Assembly: GCF_964204645.1 (NCBI RefSeq)
Contig: NC_134032.1
Coordinates: 14,806,275 to 14,870,274, forward strand
Source: Tubulanus polymorphus
Taxonomy: Eukaryota; Animalia; Nemertea
Direction of reading: 5' to 3'
Length of the DNA: 64,000 bases
Shown here: positions 24,520 to 37,228 of the stretch, piece by piece
Numbering within the stretch: the stretch's first letter is position 1
How the letters are laid out: every line of letters begins with the position of its first letter
Program-made: the position numbers and the translations under genes
The notes under the pieces: model-generated
Told to the model about the DNA's origin: nothing
The model's input: the letters and a program-made list of their open reading frames with translations, nothing else
The model's database searches: none

Positions 24520-27500
24520 TCAGTTGAGTTGAATGCAGACGGTTTTCTTTTCGGTGAAGAAGTCGATCGATTCACGGAATCCCTCGCGTCCGATTCCGGA
24601 AGATTTCATTCCGCCGAACGGCATACTGAGATCTCGAACCAGCCAACAATTCACCCAAACAGATCCAGCCTAAAATACAAACAATTCACAAAATTAACAA
24701 TTAATCCTTTGAATGCGAAGATCGAACTAACGCTTAACCCTTTCAGTGCTGACTAATCAATACCCTATAGTGCTGAAGATAATTTGAAAATTCTGAAAAG
24801 TTCCACCCTAGTGTGTTTAATAACGGGAATAGCACTATAGTGCGTCTACACCGCGGCGCGGTGTATCGTTAGTTACTGATATTTCACTATGTTTGACAGG
24901 TGCTGCCATCTTTCAACAGAGATAATTACTAATTACTAATTACATCGATAAACCGCAGTGTGGTGTACTAGCAAAATCCATCACTGATTCGTACACCGCA
25001 CTGCGGTGTAGACGCACTGAAAGGGTTAATGCCATCGATGTTTATGTCGTTACTTCTCCACCAGACACTATCAGCTTTAATAACAATATCATAATTAAAC
25101 TTGCTAGATTTGTAAATGTCAAGTTACTCCAGTAAATTACATGAATCTATTATCTTAATTATCATTCTATTCTATATGTATTTATGTTTTTAACTTTTGT
25201 GAATTATAAATTTCTATTGTGTAAATTCTTGTAACCTCTATGATTGTACCAATGTTTGGTTAGAGAGAAATAAGGCCAAAAAAAATTGATACCTTGTTTC
25301 TCCGCTCTGCTGAGCTTAAATGTTGACCCGGCCGGCCGCCTATCTACCCTATACATTACTTTTTTTAAAATCGTGATCAATTTCACCATAACAGACCCGG
25401 CCGCTATAGAAATGAACTGTTTATAAATTTTATCATATTTTACAAAAATGACCCGGCCGCTGCGGAGAAACAAGGTATCATTTTTGTTTAGCCTAAACTA
25501 TTTTATTCTAGTTTCTACCCATATTAATACAGATCATCCATTTATCATGTATGCAAAAATTTACGAAAATCTAGACCCCTTCCCTTCTAGTCACGGTTCC
25601 TCAAGCGTGCGTACTACCTCTACATCTGACAACCACCCCCCTCTCCCCCACACTCCCATTCAAGTATTTCATTCAATGATTAGCTACAAGCATGGATTCA
25701 ATTCAAACATCATTTCGCCCGCATACTCCAGAACCCAGTTCCACAGTTCTGTGTAAAGATTTGACTCTGAGTTAAATCTTTGAAAATGAACTAATCTTAA
25801 CTCAGAGTTAACTCTAACTCACAACTGTGGAACTGGATCCCAAACCCACTGTAAACAATTGGTCAATCAGTATTTCTTGTTGTAAATAGTAACAAATACT
25901 GAAAATCAGGAACAGTTGGCAGCTCTGCAATTGGTCATGTGAAGATGGTCTCTAAAGAGAGGGTCTGAAAAGTTTTTTAATCCTTTATTCCAATTCTTGA
26001 AAAATTTCATTTCGTTTTTAATCTGTCAAATTTGTATAAACTTTTTTAACTTAATTCTAGAAAGTAACGAACCTGCAGTTTATGTGAAACGCGATGGGCA
26101 CAGCTGGTATCCCGAGTCCAAACAGTCGCGCATAAACCGTACTTCACATTATTAGCTCTTTCAATCACCTAAAAATAATATCCGTATTAAGTATCGATAA
26201 TATATTCGACACGATAAAATTCTGCAAAGGTCTTTTTTGTCATATTTGATGCGATCCGCTTGAAGCCTACCTCCAGTTCGGTATCGAAAGGCACGATACA
26301 CGTAACAGGACCAAAGATTTCTTCTTGCATCAAACGGGATTCATCGGTGACGTCTGTGATGACGGTCGGTCGCATGAAATACCCCTGAAAATAGAATGGA
26401 TCACAACTACAACTGATATCTAATAGTCCAATATATTATGTCTGATAGTCCTATATCTAATAGTGCCATATCTAATGTCGGATAGTCCTATATCTAATAG
26501 TGCTATATCAAATGTCGGATAGTCCTATATCTAATAGTGCTATATCTAATAGTGCTATATCTGGTAGTCCTATATCTGATAATCCCATATCTAATGGTGC
26601 AATATCTAATGTCTGATAGTCCTATATCTAATAGTGCTATATCAAATGTCGGATAGTCCTATATCTAATAGTGCTATATCTAATAGTGCTATATCTGGTA
26701 GTCCTATATCTGATAATCCCATATCTAATGGTGCAATATCTAATGTCTGATAGTCCTATATCTAATAGTGCTATATCTGATAGTGCTATATCTGATAATC
26801 CCATATCTAATAGTCCAATATCTAATGTCTGATAGTCCTATATCTAATAGTGCTATATCTAATGTCTGATAGTCCAATATCTAATAGTGCTATATCTGGT
26901 AGTCATATATCTGATGCGTTATAATCCTACATCTGATAATCCAATGCCTACAGTCCATGTTTCTATATCTGAGAAATTATACCAATGCAAATGTCTATTT
27001 GTCCAATATGTCTGATTGTCCTATGTCTGATGGCTATATTTCTGATGATGATGAAGATTGAGAAAAAAATTTCATATTCTCACATTTTTACATTCTTGCG
27101 GAAGATCCAAATCTTCATCTCCGCACGCGACAGTGGCGCCCTCTTTCCTAGCGATTTCCACGTAGCCCTTCACTTTAGCGAGATGTTCCTTACTGACAAG
27201 CGCTCCACATCGAGTGTCTTCCACACGTGGATCACCGACTTTAATATTACTGTCAAATACAACAAAAACAATACAAAAATATTGAAATCTATAAAATTCC
27301 CCAACGGAATCAGTAATCAACAGTAAGACCCTCAGTAACATCTTCAGTTTCATATTTCTGTTCAAATTAATCAGTAATCGACAGTAAGACCCTCAGTAAC
27401 ATCTTTCATATTTCTGTTCAAATTAATCAGCAATCGACAGTAAGACCCTCAGTAATATCTTTCATATTTCTGCTCAAATTAATCAGTAATCAACCTTAAG

Positions 27501-30500
27501 ACCCTCAGTAACATCTTTCATATTTCTGTTCAAATTAATCAGTAATCGACAGTAAGACCCTCAGTAACATCTTTCAAATTTCTGTTCAAATTAATCAGTA
27601 ATCAACCTTAAGACCCTCAGTAACATCTTTCATATTTCTGTTCAAATTAATAAGTAATCAACAGTAAGACCCTCAGTAACATCTTTCATATTTCTGTTCA
27701 AATTAATCAGCAATCGACAGTAAGACCCTCAGTAATATCTTTCATATTTCTGTTCAAATTAATCAGTAATCAACCTTAAGACCCTCAGTAACATCTTTCA
27801 TATTTCTGTTCAAATTAATCAGTAATCGACAGTAAGACCCTCAGTAACATCTTTCAAATTTCTGTTCAAATTAATAAGTAATCAACAGTAAAACCCTCAG
27901 TAACATCTTTCATATTTCTGTTCAAATTAATCAGCAATCAACAGTAAGACCCTCAGTAACATCTTTCATATTTCAGTTCAAATTAATCAGTAATCGACAG
28001 TAAGACCCTCAGTAACATCTTTCATATTTCTGTTCAAATTAATCAGTAATCAACAGTAAAACCCTCCAGGGCCCGGTTTCACGAAAAAGTTTAAGCCTAA
28101 AACGGTCAAGTTTGAATTGTTGTCATCATTGAAAAGATGAAGTAACCAATAGCGATTACACCAAAAATTTGAGTTAAACTTTTTTCGAGAAACTGGACCC
28201 AGTAACATCTTTCCCATTTGTTAAAGCATCAATCAAATCTAATCAGTATTTCTCATTATAAAAGAGTAACAAATACTGAAAATCAAGGAACAGTTGGCAG
28301 CTCTGCATGTTGTAAGTATAAAGTAGTACGCTACTCTATATTTCAGACTTAAGACAATTAGCTTTCAGTCGTAAAATAAATAACGTTATGTTTTATTGAG
28401 GAGGTTATTTCTTACCGAGTTGCCTCGACGAATTTGGAGACGAATTGATCGTAGATTCCTCGCTGAACGAATATTCGACTCGTGCAAAGACAAATTTCAC
28501 CTTGATTCGCAAAACTTGATCTGAAAAAAATTGATAAACATCGAAAAAATATTTCAAAAATCTTTGTTTTCAGCGACTGAAACGCTAAGTTTGCTTCACT
28601 TCATTCGTAGTAACCGTGGTATTTATTACCTTATTGTAAATTGGATGCATTTGTCAAAATCAGCATCATTGAAGATGACCGCTGGATTCTTACCACCGAG
28701 CTGTTCAAATTAGAGAGGAGAAAGAGAACATTTAATAAATTGGTTTTAATAGCATCAACTGTGGAACTGTGCCTACTGTCCCATAACTGAGGAACTAGGC
28801 CCATTGTTCCATAACTGTGGAACAGTGCCCACTGTCCACAGTGCCCACTGCCCCATAACTGTGGACCTGTGTTCACTGTCCCATTACTGTGGAACAGTGC
28901 CCACTGTCCCAAAACTGTGGAACTGTGTTCAATGTCCCATACCCGAGGAACTGTGCCCATTGTCCCATAACTGGGGAACTGCGTCCACTGTCCCATACCC
29001 GAGGAACTGCGTCCACTGTCCCATAACTGAGGGACTGCGTCCACTGTCCCATAACTGTGGAACTGTGCCCAAAGTCCAATATAACTGTGGAATTGTGCCC
29101 AAAGTCCAATATAACTGTTGAACTGGGCCCAAAGTCCAATATAACAGTTGAACTGGGCCCAAAGTCCAATATAACTGTGGAACAATGCCCAAAGGCCAAT
29201 ATAACTGTGGAACAATGCCCAAAGGCCAATATAACTGTGGAACAATGCCCAAAGTCCAATATAACTGTGGAACAATGCCCAAAGTTCAATATAACTGTTG
29301 AACTGGGCACACAGTCCAATATAACTGTGGAACAATGCCCAAAGTCCAATATAACAGTTGAACTGGGCCCAAAGTCCAATATAACTGTGGAACAATGCCC
29401 AAAGGCCAATATAACTGTGGAACAATGCCCAAAGGCCAATATAACTGTGGAACAATGCCCAAAGTCCAATATAACTGTGGAACAATGCCCAAAGTTCAAT
29501 ATAACTGTTGAACTGGGCACACAGTCCTATCACTAACATCACACATATTACCTCAAGGGATAGTTTTTTACAGAAAGGAGCTGCAGCAACTTGAATTGTT
29601 TCAGCAGTTGCCGTGCTACCAGTGAAACTAATCAACGGCACATCGGGATGTTTAATAAGAGCGTTACCAGTCCGCAGTCCGGTACCAAAAACCATATTAA
29701 CAACACCCGGCGGTAACCCTAAATACAAAACATACAGGATCCAGTTACACTTTTCTCTACAGAGGGAAAATGAGACTCCAAATTTAACTATAGTTATTTG
29801 AAAAAATCTCAGGATTTGATCTAAGGAATAAAATCCACCTGCCACGGTCGCGGCAATCATATCCGAAATTTCAAAATCGGTATTTTGAGTTGGGGTGCTT
29901 TCTAACTTTGTTTCAATCCCTCTTTTACCCTCTCCCCCTCCTATCACTCAACTATCTGTCTCTCTCTTCCCTGCCTCCCTCCCTCCCTCTCTCCCCCATC
30001 TCTTACCAGCTTGTTGAAATACTTTGCAGAGCATCCACGCAGTAACGGACGTCATTTCGCTCGGCTTACAGACGCACGTGTTGCCAACGGCGATACACGG
30101 AGCTATTTTAAACGTCAGTAAATAAATCGGTAAATTCCACGGACTGATTAAACCGGCGACACCTACTGGTTCACTGGTCGTATAACTGAACGCATCCATC
30201 TTCTCAAGAGGATGAGATCTACAATCAAAATAAAACTAAACATGCCTATTCCACTTGTGGCAATAGAGGATCCACCAGGTGTCGCTATTGTACAGTAGGA
30301 TATAAAATGCGGCGATAAGGGATTCCACTTGCAGCAAGGGAGGATCCAAAGGTGTCCCTACAGTGTAGTAGGATGTCAACTACTGCAACAATAGAGGATT
30401 CCACTTAGGGAAAGTGAAGATCCACCAGGTGTCACTAGTGTGCAGTAGGATGTTAACTACTGTGGCAATAGGGGATCCACCAGGTGTCACTAGTGTGCAG

Positions 30501-32372
30501 TAGGACGTTAACTACTGTGGCAATATGGGGTCCACCAGGTGTCACTAGTGTGCAGTAGGATGTTAACTACTGTGGCAATAGGGGATCCACCAGGTGTCAC
30601 TAGTGTGCAGTAGGATATCAACTACTGTGGCAATATGGGGTCCACCAGGTGTCACTAGTGTGCAGTAGGATGTTAACTACTGTGGCAATAGGGGATCCAC
30701 CAGGTGTCACTAGTGTGCAGTAGGATATCAACTACTGTGGCAATATGGGGTCCACCAGGTGTCACTAGTGTGCAGTAGGACGCTAACTACTGCGGCAATA
30801 GGGGATCCACCAGGTGTCACTAGTGTGCAGTAGGATATTAACTACTGTGGCAATATGGGGTCCACCAGGTGTCACTAGTGTGCAGTAGGATGTTAACTAC
30901 TGTGGCAATATGGGGTCCACCAGGTGTCACTAGTGTGCAGTAGGATGTTAACTACTGCAGCAATAGAGGATTCCACTTGTGGTAAGTGAGGATCCACCAG
31001 GTGTCAATAGGGTGCAGTAGGACATTTACTTCTGTGGCGATAGGGGATCCACCAGGTTTCACTAGTGTGCAGTAGGACGTGTCATGACTTACATGTTTAA
31101 ATGATGTAAAATGGCCGTCGCGAAGAATCGAAGATTATAAACAGCACGAGGAATATCAACCATCGTTGCCAGGGATACGGGTTTACCCTGATCGCGTGAT
31201 TCGAAACGAGCGAATTCATCTAACTTCGATTCCAAAACGTTCGCGATCTGTAGCAGAATTTGTGATCGTTCCTGCGGAGGTTTCCCCGACCAGCTGAAAA
31301 AACATCAAGTATTTTCAGTAATGGTGGGGATAACAGGGATATGTGTGATGTTATCGCGATCAAAATAGAGTTCGAAAAATTTTAATATATTGGCTCTGAG
31401 GTAAGTGTACTTTTACCACAACCATAGCTTCAACTTATCAAAAGCACAAGAGACCACACCACAGTGGGCTCGTACTTGAAGTTCTGGCCAGGCCATCATC
31501 CATCCTAATGTCTATTTCAACCTGACTTAAGAGCATTCCTGGTGACCTAGCTCAGTCAGTTTTGGTAGTACATACCTGATGGAAGTCTTATTAGGAACAG
31601 AATGCATTGGCAGTCGACCTAAAATATCGCGTTTTAATCCACTTTAAACTATATTGAAGGATATCCATATAATCTGCATTGAGAGGGGTTCCTGAGAGAA
31701 CAGAGACTCCATGATTTGAAAGTTTAACAATATGTTTCCATGCCTACCAACTGAAGTTTGGTACGTAGGCATGGAAACATATTGTTAAACTTTCAAATCA
31801 TGGAGTCACTTCTCTTCATTTAACCCCTTTCACTTTTTGGATATCCTTTAAAACAGTTTCAAATGGATTAAAAAATGATGATTTAGGTCGACTGCCTGTC
31901 CTTTCTGGTCCTATTAAGACCTTTATCAGGTATGTACTCCCAAAAATTAGCGAGCTAGGCCACCCGGAATGCTCTCAAGTCAGGTTGAAATAGACATTAT
32001 TTAGGTACTAAACAAAGAAACAAGTACCAGTGTACCCGAAATATTTGATGGTCTAAACTAATTCTCCTACTATTCATCCCAGAATACGAGTCCTGCTGCT
32101 GTGTGTCGTGGTCCCTGGGCCTGGAAGACGGTATCAGGGTATTCTCATTGACTGAGTGAGTCTTGCATTTCTCTTCTGTTGTGTTGAAACGCCTACCCTT
32201 TGAATGCAGATTTAGCGGCGTTCACCGCTTGACACACTTCAGTTTCTGTGCTGTTCGGTATTTTTGCCCAAACTCTTCCAGTTGATGGGTCGAAACTATC
32301 GATCAACTCATCCGACTTCACAAAATTACCATTTACGAAGTTTTCAATCGTCAGCTCACCAGACGCCTCCAT
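24520..32372 (-). CDS. ALDH8A1: Aldehyde dehydrogenase family 8 member A1 (2-aminomuconic semialdehyde dehydrogenase), 10 exons
   Basis: Exons 32372-32197, 31293-31093, 30218-30007, 29718-29552, 28700-28630, 28520-28416, 27249-27084, 26384-26271, 26168-26073, 24669-24520. Motifs: ISPWNLPIYLLTFKIAP, KPSEMTS, ISFTGST, LELGGKNP (catalytic Glu), FANQGEICLCTSR (catalytic Cys), EEIFGPV, WVNCWLVRDLSMPFGGMKSSGIGREG. Confidence 0.93.
24738..25025. mobile_element. piggyBac-like non-autonomous element (opposite-orientation sibling of 17741-18034)
   Basis: TTAA TSD and ccctttcagtgc TIRs; the internal sequence is the reverse complement of the first copy. Confidence 0.85.
25273..25494. mobile_element. MITE (TIR aggc.aaa.aaaa.tgataccttgtttctccgc; Kolobok-like ends)
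   Basis: ~33-bp inverted termini; superfamily assignment is tentative. Confidence 0.65.
26416..26945. repeat. ~15-bp minisatellite (ctatatctaatagtg) in an ALDH8A1 intron
   Basis: Degenerate tandem copies. Confidence 0.9.
27300..28305 (-). mobile_element. hAT-like element with internal 56-bp tandem expansion and nested MITE (~28069-28200)
   Basis: Terminus cagagctgccaac on the minus strand. Unit aattaatcagtaatcgacagtaagaccctcagtaacatctttcatatttctgttca, ~13 copies. A sibling with only ~2 units lies at 40310-40572. Confidence 0.65.
28757..29527. repeat. ~29-30-bp minisatellites (aactgtggaac core) in an ALDH8A1 intron
   Basis: Units ataactgtggaacaatgcccaaagtccaat and related variants. Confidence 0.92.
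30250..31078. repeat. 56-bp minisatellite in ALDH8A1 intron 2
   Basis: Unit tccaccaggtgtcactagtgtgcagtaggatgttaactactgtggcaatagggga, >10 copies. Confidence 0.92.
31506..31999. mobile_element. ~490-bp foldback/palindromic element
   Basis: taatgtctatttcaacctgactt ... aagtcaggttgaaatagacatta; the arms are complementary almost to the centre near 31755. Confidence 0.85.
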
Positions 32373-32650
32373 CTTGTCGTGAATAAAATTGCAATTGAAA
32401 TTGGGGAAAACCGAGAACAAATTCAATTCAATACATTATTCATAAAAGACAATTTGTTCATAACATACAGCGGTTTTAGGGTCAACTATTAAAACGCGGC
32501 AGATATGTCGTATTGATTCATAACTAGAAGCATTACCAATGAATATATTGCAGCTAATCTGTAGAATTAGCCGAATCCGGTTTTTCACGATATCCGCGTC
32601 CGTTTTAGATTCCGGAGTGTACGTCCTGATTGTACGGACGACTTGTCAAA

Positions 32651-32720
32651 AGTTCTACAGTTTTCTGTGGTTTTCTAGCCTATTCTAGGGATATTTCTAG
32701 GTAATTCTAGGGTATTCTTA
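32651..32720 (+). promoter_or_regulatory. Step-type heat-shock element array in the ALDH8A1/BAG3 bidirectional promoter
   Basis: TTCT at 32653, 32663, 32673, 32683, 32695, 32705, 32715 (10-bp phasing with one 12-bp step), followed by a TATA-like ctatatat near 32749, just upstream of the BAG3-like ATG. Confidence 0.6.
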
Positions 32721-32774
32721 CCGCACTTTATGCTGACCAGTGAAATCACTATATATTGAAGCCACTCGCCAGCG

Positions 32775-35120
32775 ATGACAACTAATTATCAACAGGAACC
32801 GTTTCCGTACGGCTGGGAAATGTTACTCGACTCAACGACCGGTATGCCGTTCTATGTAGATCACGTCAATCAAGTAACAACGTGGAAAGATCCGCGATTA
32901 GATTCAATTGAACGAAGCGGTCAGCATCATTCAGCGCGCAGTCAGGGTCCGCTACAACAATCAGCGGTAAGTTTTCAATTTCCGCTACGACTACGTACCA
33001 GTCAGAGGAGAATCCGCTTTAATTTGGATCATTTGTAGGCACCAACAAAATTCATCATCCGGGTTACGGGAAATCCAGATTTTGCGCTACAATAGTTTCA
33101 TCAAATCATTCACTGAAGGAAACCTGTTGGGCTTCATTTTTATTTCTGAATGTGGGTTTTTTTTCTTTATAATCGTCAACACAACAGGGACTTGTTGACA
33201 CAAAAGGATGTTGACCCCAGTATCCTAGGTACTATATATAAAAAGACTGTCTCTATATAGTACCTAGGATACTGGGATCAAAATCCTTTTGTGTCAAGTC
33301 CCTGTGGATAACACTAACTGATAGTGTTTCATCGATAGTTATAATGGTGGGAGGATCACAACTGTCAGTCCAAACTTCACTGATGAGCCCTGCCCCCCTC
33401 TGTCCCACTATCTCACCCCCTCATCCCCTATTATTGGTGGCCCTCTGGCACACTATGTCTCACTCCCCCTATTGGTGGCCGCCCTCTGGCCCACTATGTC
33501 TCACTCCCCCTATTGGTGGCCGCCCTCTGGCCCACTATGTCTCACTCCCCCTATTGGTGGCCGCCCTCTGGCACACTATGTCTCACTCCCCCTATTGGTG
33601 GCCGCCCTCTGGCCCACTATGTCTCCCCCGCCCCCTATTGGTGGCCGCCCTCTGGCCCACTATGTCTCACTCCCCCTATTGGTGGCCGCCCTCTGGCCCA
33701 CTATGTCTCACTCCCCCTATTGGTGGCCGCCCTCTGGCCCACTATGTCTCCCCCGCCCCCTATTGGTGGCCGCCCTCTGGCCCACTATGTCTCACTCCCC
33801 CTATTGGTGGCCGCCCTCTGGCCCACTATGTATGACAGATTTTATATTTTGTTTTAGGTTCGAGGTGGAGGTAGTTATCAGTCTGATGGTAGTGTACAGA
33901 TTCCAATACAAAGAGGAGGTTATAGTCAAAATCCACCCTTCAATCAGCAGCAACAACAACAACAACAACAGTGGTATCCAAATAACCAACCACAGCCGCA
34001 GCAGCAGCATCAATACGGGTATCCTCCTCACTTGCAGAATGTTAGAGTGACTGGCCCCGGGTACCCTACTGGACCTCATGAAAGCTCAAGGATGACGGGA
34101 TATCCTACCAGGCCCCAGGAACACTCTAGGATGCCCGTGTACCCTACCGGGCCCGAGAATTCTGGAATGCCCGGATACCCTACCGGGCCCCAGATGAACT
34201 CTAGTATGCCTGGGTACCCTACTGGGCCCCAGGTAAACTCGAGAATGCCCGGGTACCCTGCAGGACCTCAGCAATATCCACAAATGCCATTTCCAACTGC
34301 ACCAGCCGAACAAAATATCAAAATATCTCATCAGGTCGGAGAAGGAGGCGGAAATAAACAACATCGCAACCAATCAGAAAATGTGATAACGTCAGATGCG
34401 ATACCTGTGATACGCGAGCACAAGGCAGCTGCAGCTGGTGATAGACCGAGATCGGCCGATATGGCGTCGAAACTACGCACCGATCAGCTTTACGCCGACG
34501 CCGCCAATAAGAAATGCGCATCGGCCGCGTCATCGCCGCAGGTAGCGCGTAAAGCTAAATACCAGAGTCTACCGCCGGAGTTGGCGTCGATGGAAAAAGT
34601 GAAAGACATCGAAAACGACACGACCGATATTCTCGAACAGGTGAATCATTTCAACGGCAAATCGAAAGACAAACAATATAAATACCTCGAGGAGATGTTA
34701 ACAAGAAATATGATTAGTTTAGACGACGTCGACTCGTGCGGTAAAGATCAAATACGACAAGCGCGAAAAAACTGCATTCGTATGGTTCAATCGGCGCTCG
34801 ATCAGTTAGAGTTGAAGGCGTTCTCGAACGAGACGGGTAGTGGTGGCACCACCGAGGGTAACACCAACGAGCAGACGTCGATGAAACCCGGAGCGTCGTC
34901 TCCGACTGAGGAGGTCGTACAGCGCACCGAAAAACAATTGAATATTCTCAGCTCCGGGCAACTGAATGCCGGTCAACAATACCCTAGTGCCGGGCAACAA
35001 TACCCTGGCACCGGTCAACAATACCCCGGCACCGGTCAGCGGAAAACTGGTTCCGGTCAGCAAAATTCAGGTCCCACTCGCGTTAAAGAAATGACTTTAA
35101 ACAGTGAAATTAATTGTTAG
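32775..35120 (+). CDS. BAG3: BAG-family co-chaperone with WW domain, IPV-like motifs, Pro-rich repeats and BAG domain (BAG3-like)
   Basis: Exons 32775-32966 and 33858-35120 (phase 0). WW domain (PYGWEM..GMPFYVDHVNQVTTWKDPR), QIPIQ and AIPVIRE motifs, MPGYPTGPQ repeats, and BAG domain (KQYKYLEEMLTRNMISLDDVDS.GKDQIRQARK). This is the BAG3 architecture. Confidence 0.85.
33184..33305. mobile_element. Palindromic hAT-like MITE
   Basis: acagggacttg...caagtccctgt; similar to 44739-44867. Confidence 0.7.
33425..33830. repeat. ~41-bp minisatellite in the BAG3 intron
   Basis: Unit ccccctattggtggccgccctctggcccactatgtctcact. Confidence 0.92.
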
Positions 35121-35799
35121 ATGAAATGTTTATATTTTTAGCATAACTTAGATGGTTTTTGTTAGAGCTGGACTCAGTCCTGAACTCAGTAACTGAGTTT
35201 GGGTTGAGTCTACAGTAATATTGCAGTGTTATGTGTTTCACTATATGCCATCAGTGTAGACTTTGCTAAGGCCAGTTTGAACTTATTGTCATCGGACGAA
35301 ATAGCGAAGCTTGAACCCGGTAGTGATATTGTGTGTTGAAATGAGATATAGATAATTGTGACGGATTTTAATACTTATTTTCTATGCATTTGTATTATTT
35401 GACGCTATAAACTGTAAAGCAAGCAACACGTGCAGAAGCTGTCGGCATCTGTTAGTCTCAGTCCGTCGGTTAGTGATACCCGGTATCCATTGTTTATTGT
35501 CTCTATGGAAACAAATATATTCCTATCAATTGTTGACGAGGGTTTATATTATGATTGTTGAATTATTTAGAAATAATTTATGACGGGTAAAACTGATGTC
35601 GTTCAATGTAATTATTGTGAATATTGAGAAGACGTTAGAATGATTAGAATAGTATAGAAAAGTTGAGGGGGTCTGCGGGGGGGGTCAGGGGATGTTGGAG
35701 TTTGCTACAAATTGTGTGTCGAGTGATTTCTGTAGTTTCATGAAATGCATGTGTAGGACGTTACTACGCGTTATTATGGTTTTAGAAAACCACAGCAGT

Positions 35800-36120
35800 A
35801 CAGTTGTTCAGAGTTCCACAGGTCAGCATTCATTCTCCACAGTTCTAGTTCCAGCTCCACAGTTCTGGACTCATTTCCACGGTTCTAGATTCAGTTCCAC
35901 AGTTTTGGATCCAGTTCCACTGTTCAGAACCCAGTTCCATAGTTCTGGACTCAGTTCCACAGTTCTGGACTCAGTTCTACTGTTCTGGACTCAGTTCCAC
36001 AGTTCTTGACTCATTTCCACAGTTCTAGACTCGGTTCCACAGTTGTGGATCCAGTTCCACTGTTCTAGACTCAGTTCCACAGTTGTGGATCCAGTTCCAC
36101 AGTTCTGGACTCAGTTTCTC
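35800..36120. repeat. 20-bp cagttccacagttctgga satellite
   Basis: Tandem copies. Confidence 0.9.
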
Positions 36121-37228
36121 ACTTTGTTAAAATTTGACTTTTTACCCTGAACTAGTTCCGACTGTGCAGTCCTTAGTTGTGTGAGCAGTCAAATAAACAC
36201 CAGTTAAAACATTTTGTCTCAACTAATTATCCTCTGATTCGTTAGTTTCACTTGTGTCTCTCAGTTGAAGTGTTCGTGTTATGCTTGAAGATGTAGCTTA
36301 AATTGTTTTGAGAATCAACGAAATTGAAATCAATGTAGAAAACTAATGTTTGTATAAAAATTGGTCTCATTTCACTTGTGTATTATATGATATTTCAGTG
36401 AATGATTTATGGCTTGAGAATAAGTTGCTTTTTATAATTCATCGATGATACAATGAAATTAAATGATCATTTTATTTTATTTTACATACCCGTGTGTATA
36501 TTTATTTGCTGCAAAATAAATTATTATAGGCTTTGAAATTGGTTAAGATTATGAGAAAATAAATGAATTATCATCAAGTTGAGAAACTAAGTCGTCTTTG
36601 TTTTATTCATTCGTGTTTGGAGGATGTATTTGTAATAGGCGTCCATTGGTTACTCAGGGGCCAGTTGCTGAATAGACGGTTAGACTTAGGTTAGATCATC
36701 ATTTAGAGCACTTAACCAGATTGACAATTAAAGTTGGAATTGTTTATCCGCCTGTTCTCTAGAGCAATGCATCCTCTGACCTCTTGGAATGGGTGGCGGG
36801 GCTCGAGTCGGGGGCAGTTTGTTGGCATTATGTCGAACATTGCTTGACACACTGACGTCACTCAAAAAATAATTGGTTCTAAGCAACACACAGTTTAAAA
36901 TCTCAGTGTGTCCCTCTAGTGTGCCATAACATGATAACAAAGGCCCAGCAAAGAACATAGACAGATGTAAAATCAATACGGAATTCGCATCCTCATATTT
37001 TCTGTTATAAGGGTGCTTCTTTCGTTTTTTGTATTCTAAATTGTATTTTTGGTTCTTATGTAATTAAATGTTGAAATAAATTGAATATTGAATTGAATTG
37101 AATTTTTCTTTTCGTCATATCCGCACTAAACACAGTAGTGATTGAGTTTAAAGGCGCCGCTGTTGTTAACTGATGAAATTACGCCCGTTTTATCCTCGTT
37201 TTACTGCATAAAATGATATAGATCGACG

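Noticed and set aside
28631-29947. 438-aa ORF
   Set aside because: Read-through of one ALDH8A1 exon into a stop-free 30-bp intronic minisatellite; the true exon has canonical splice sites at 29718 and 29552.
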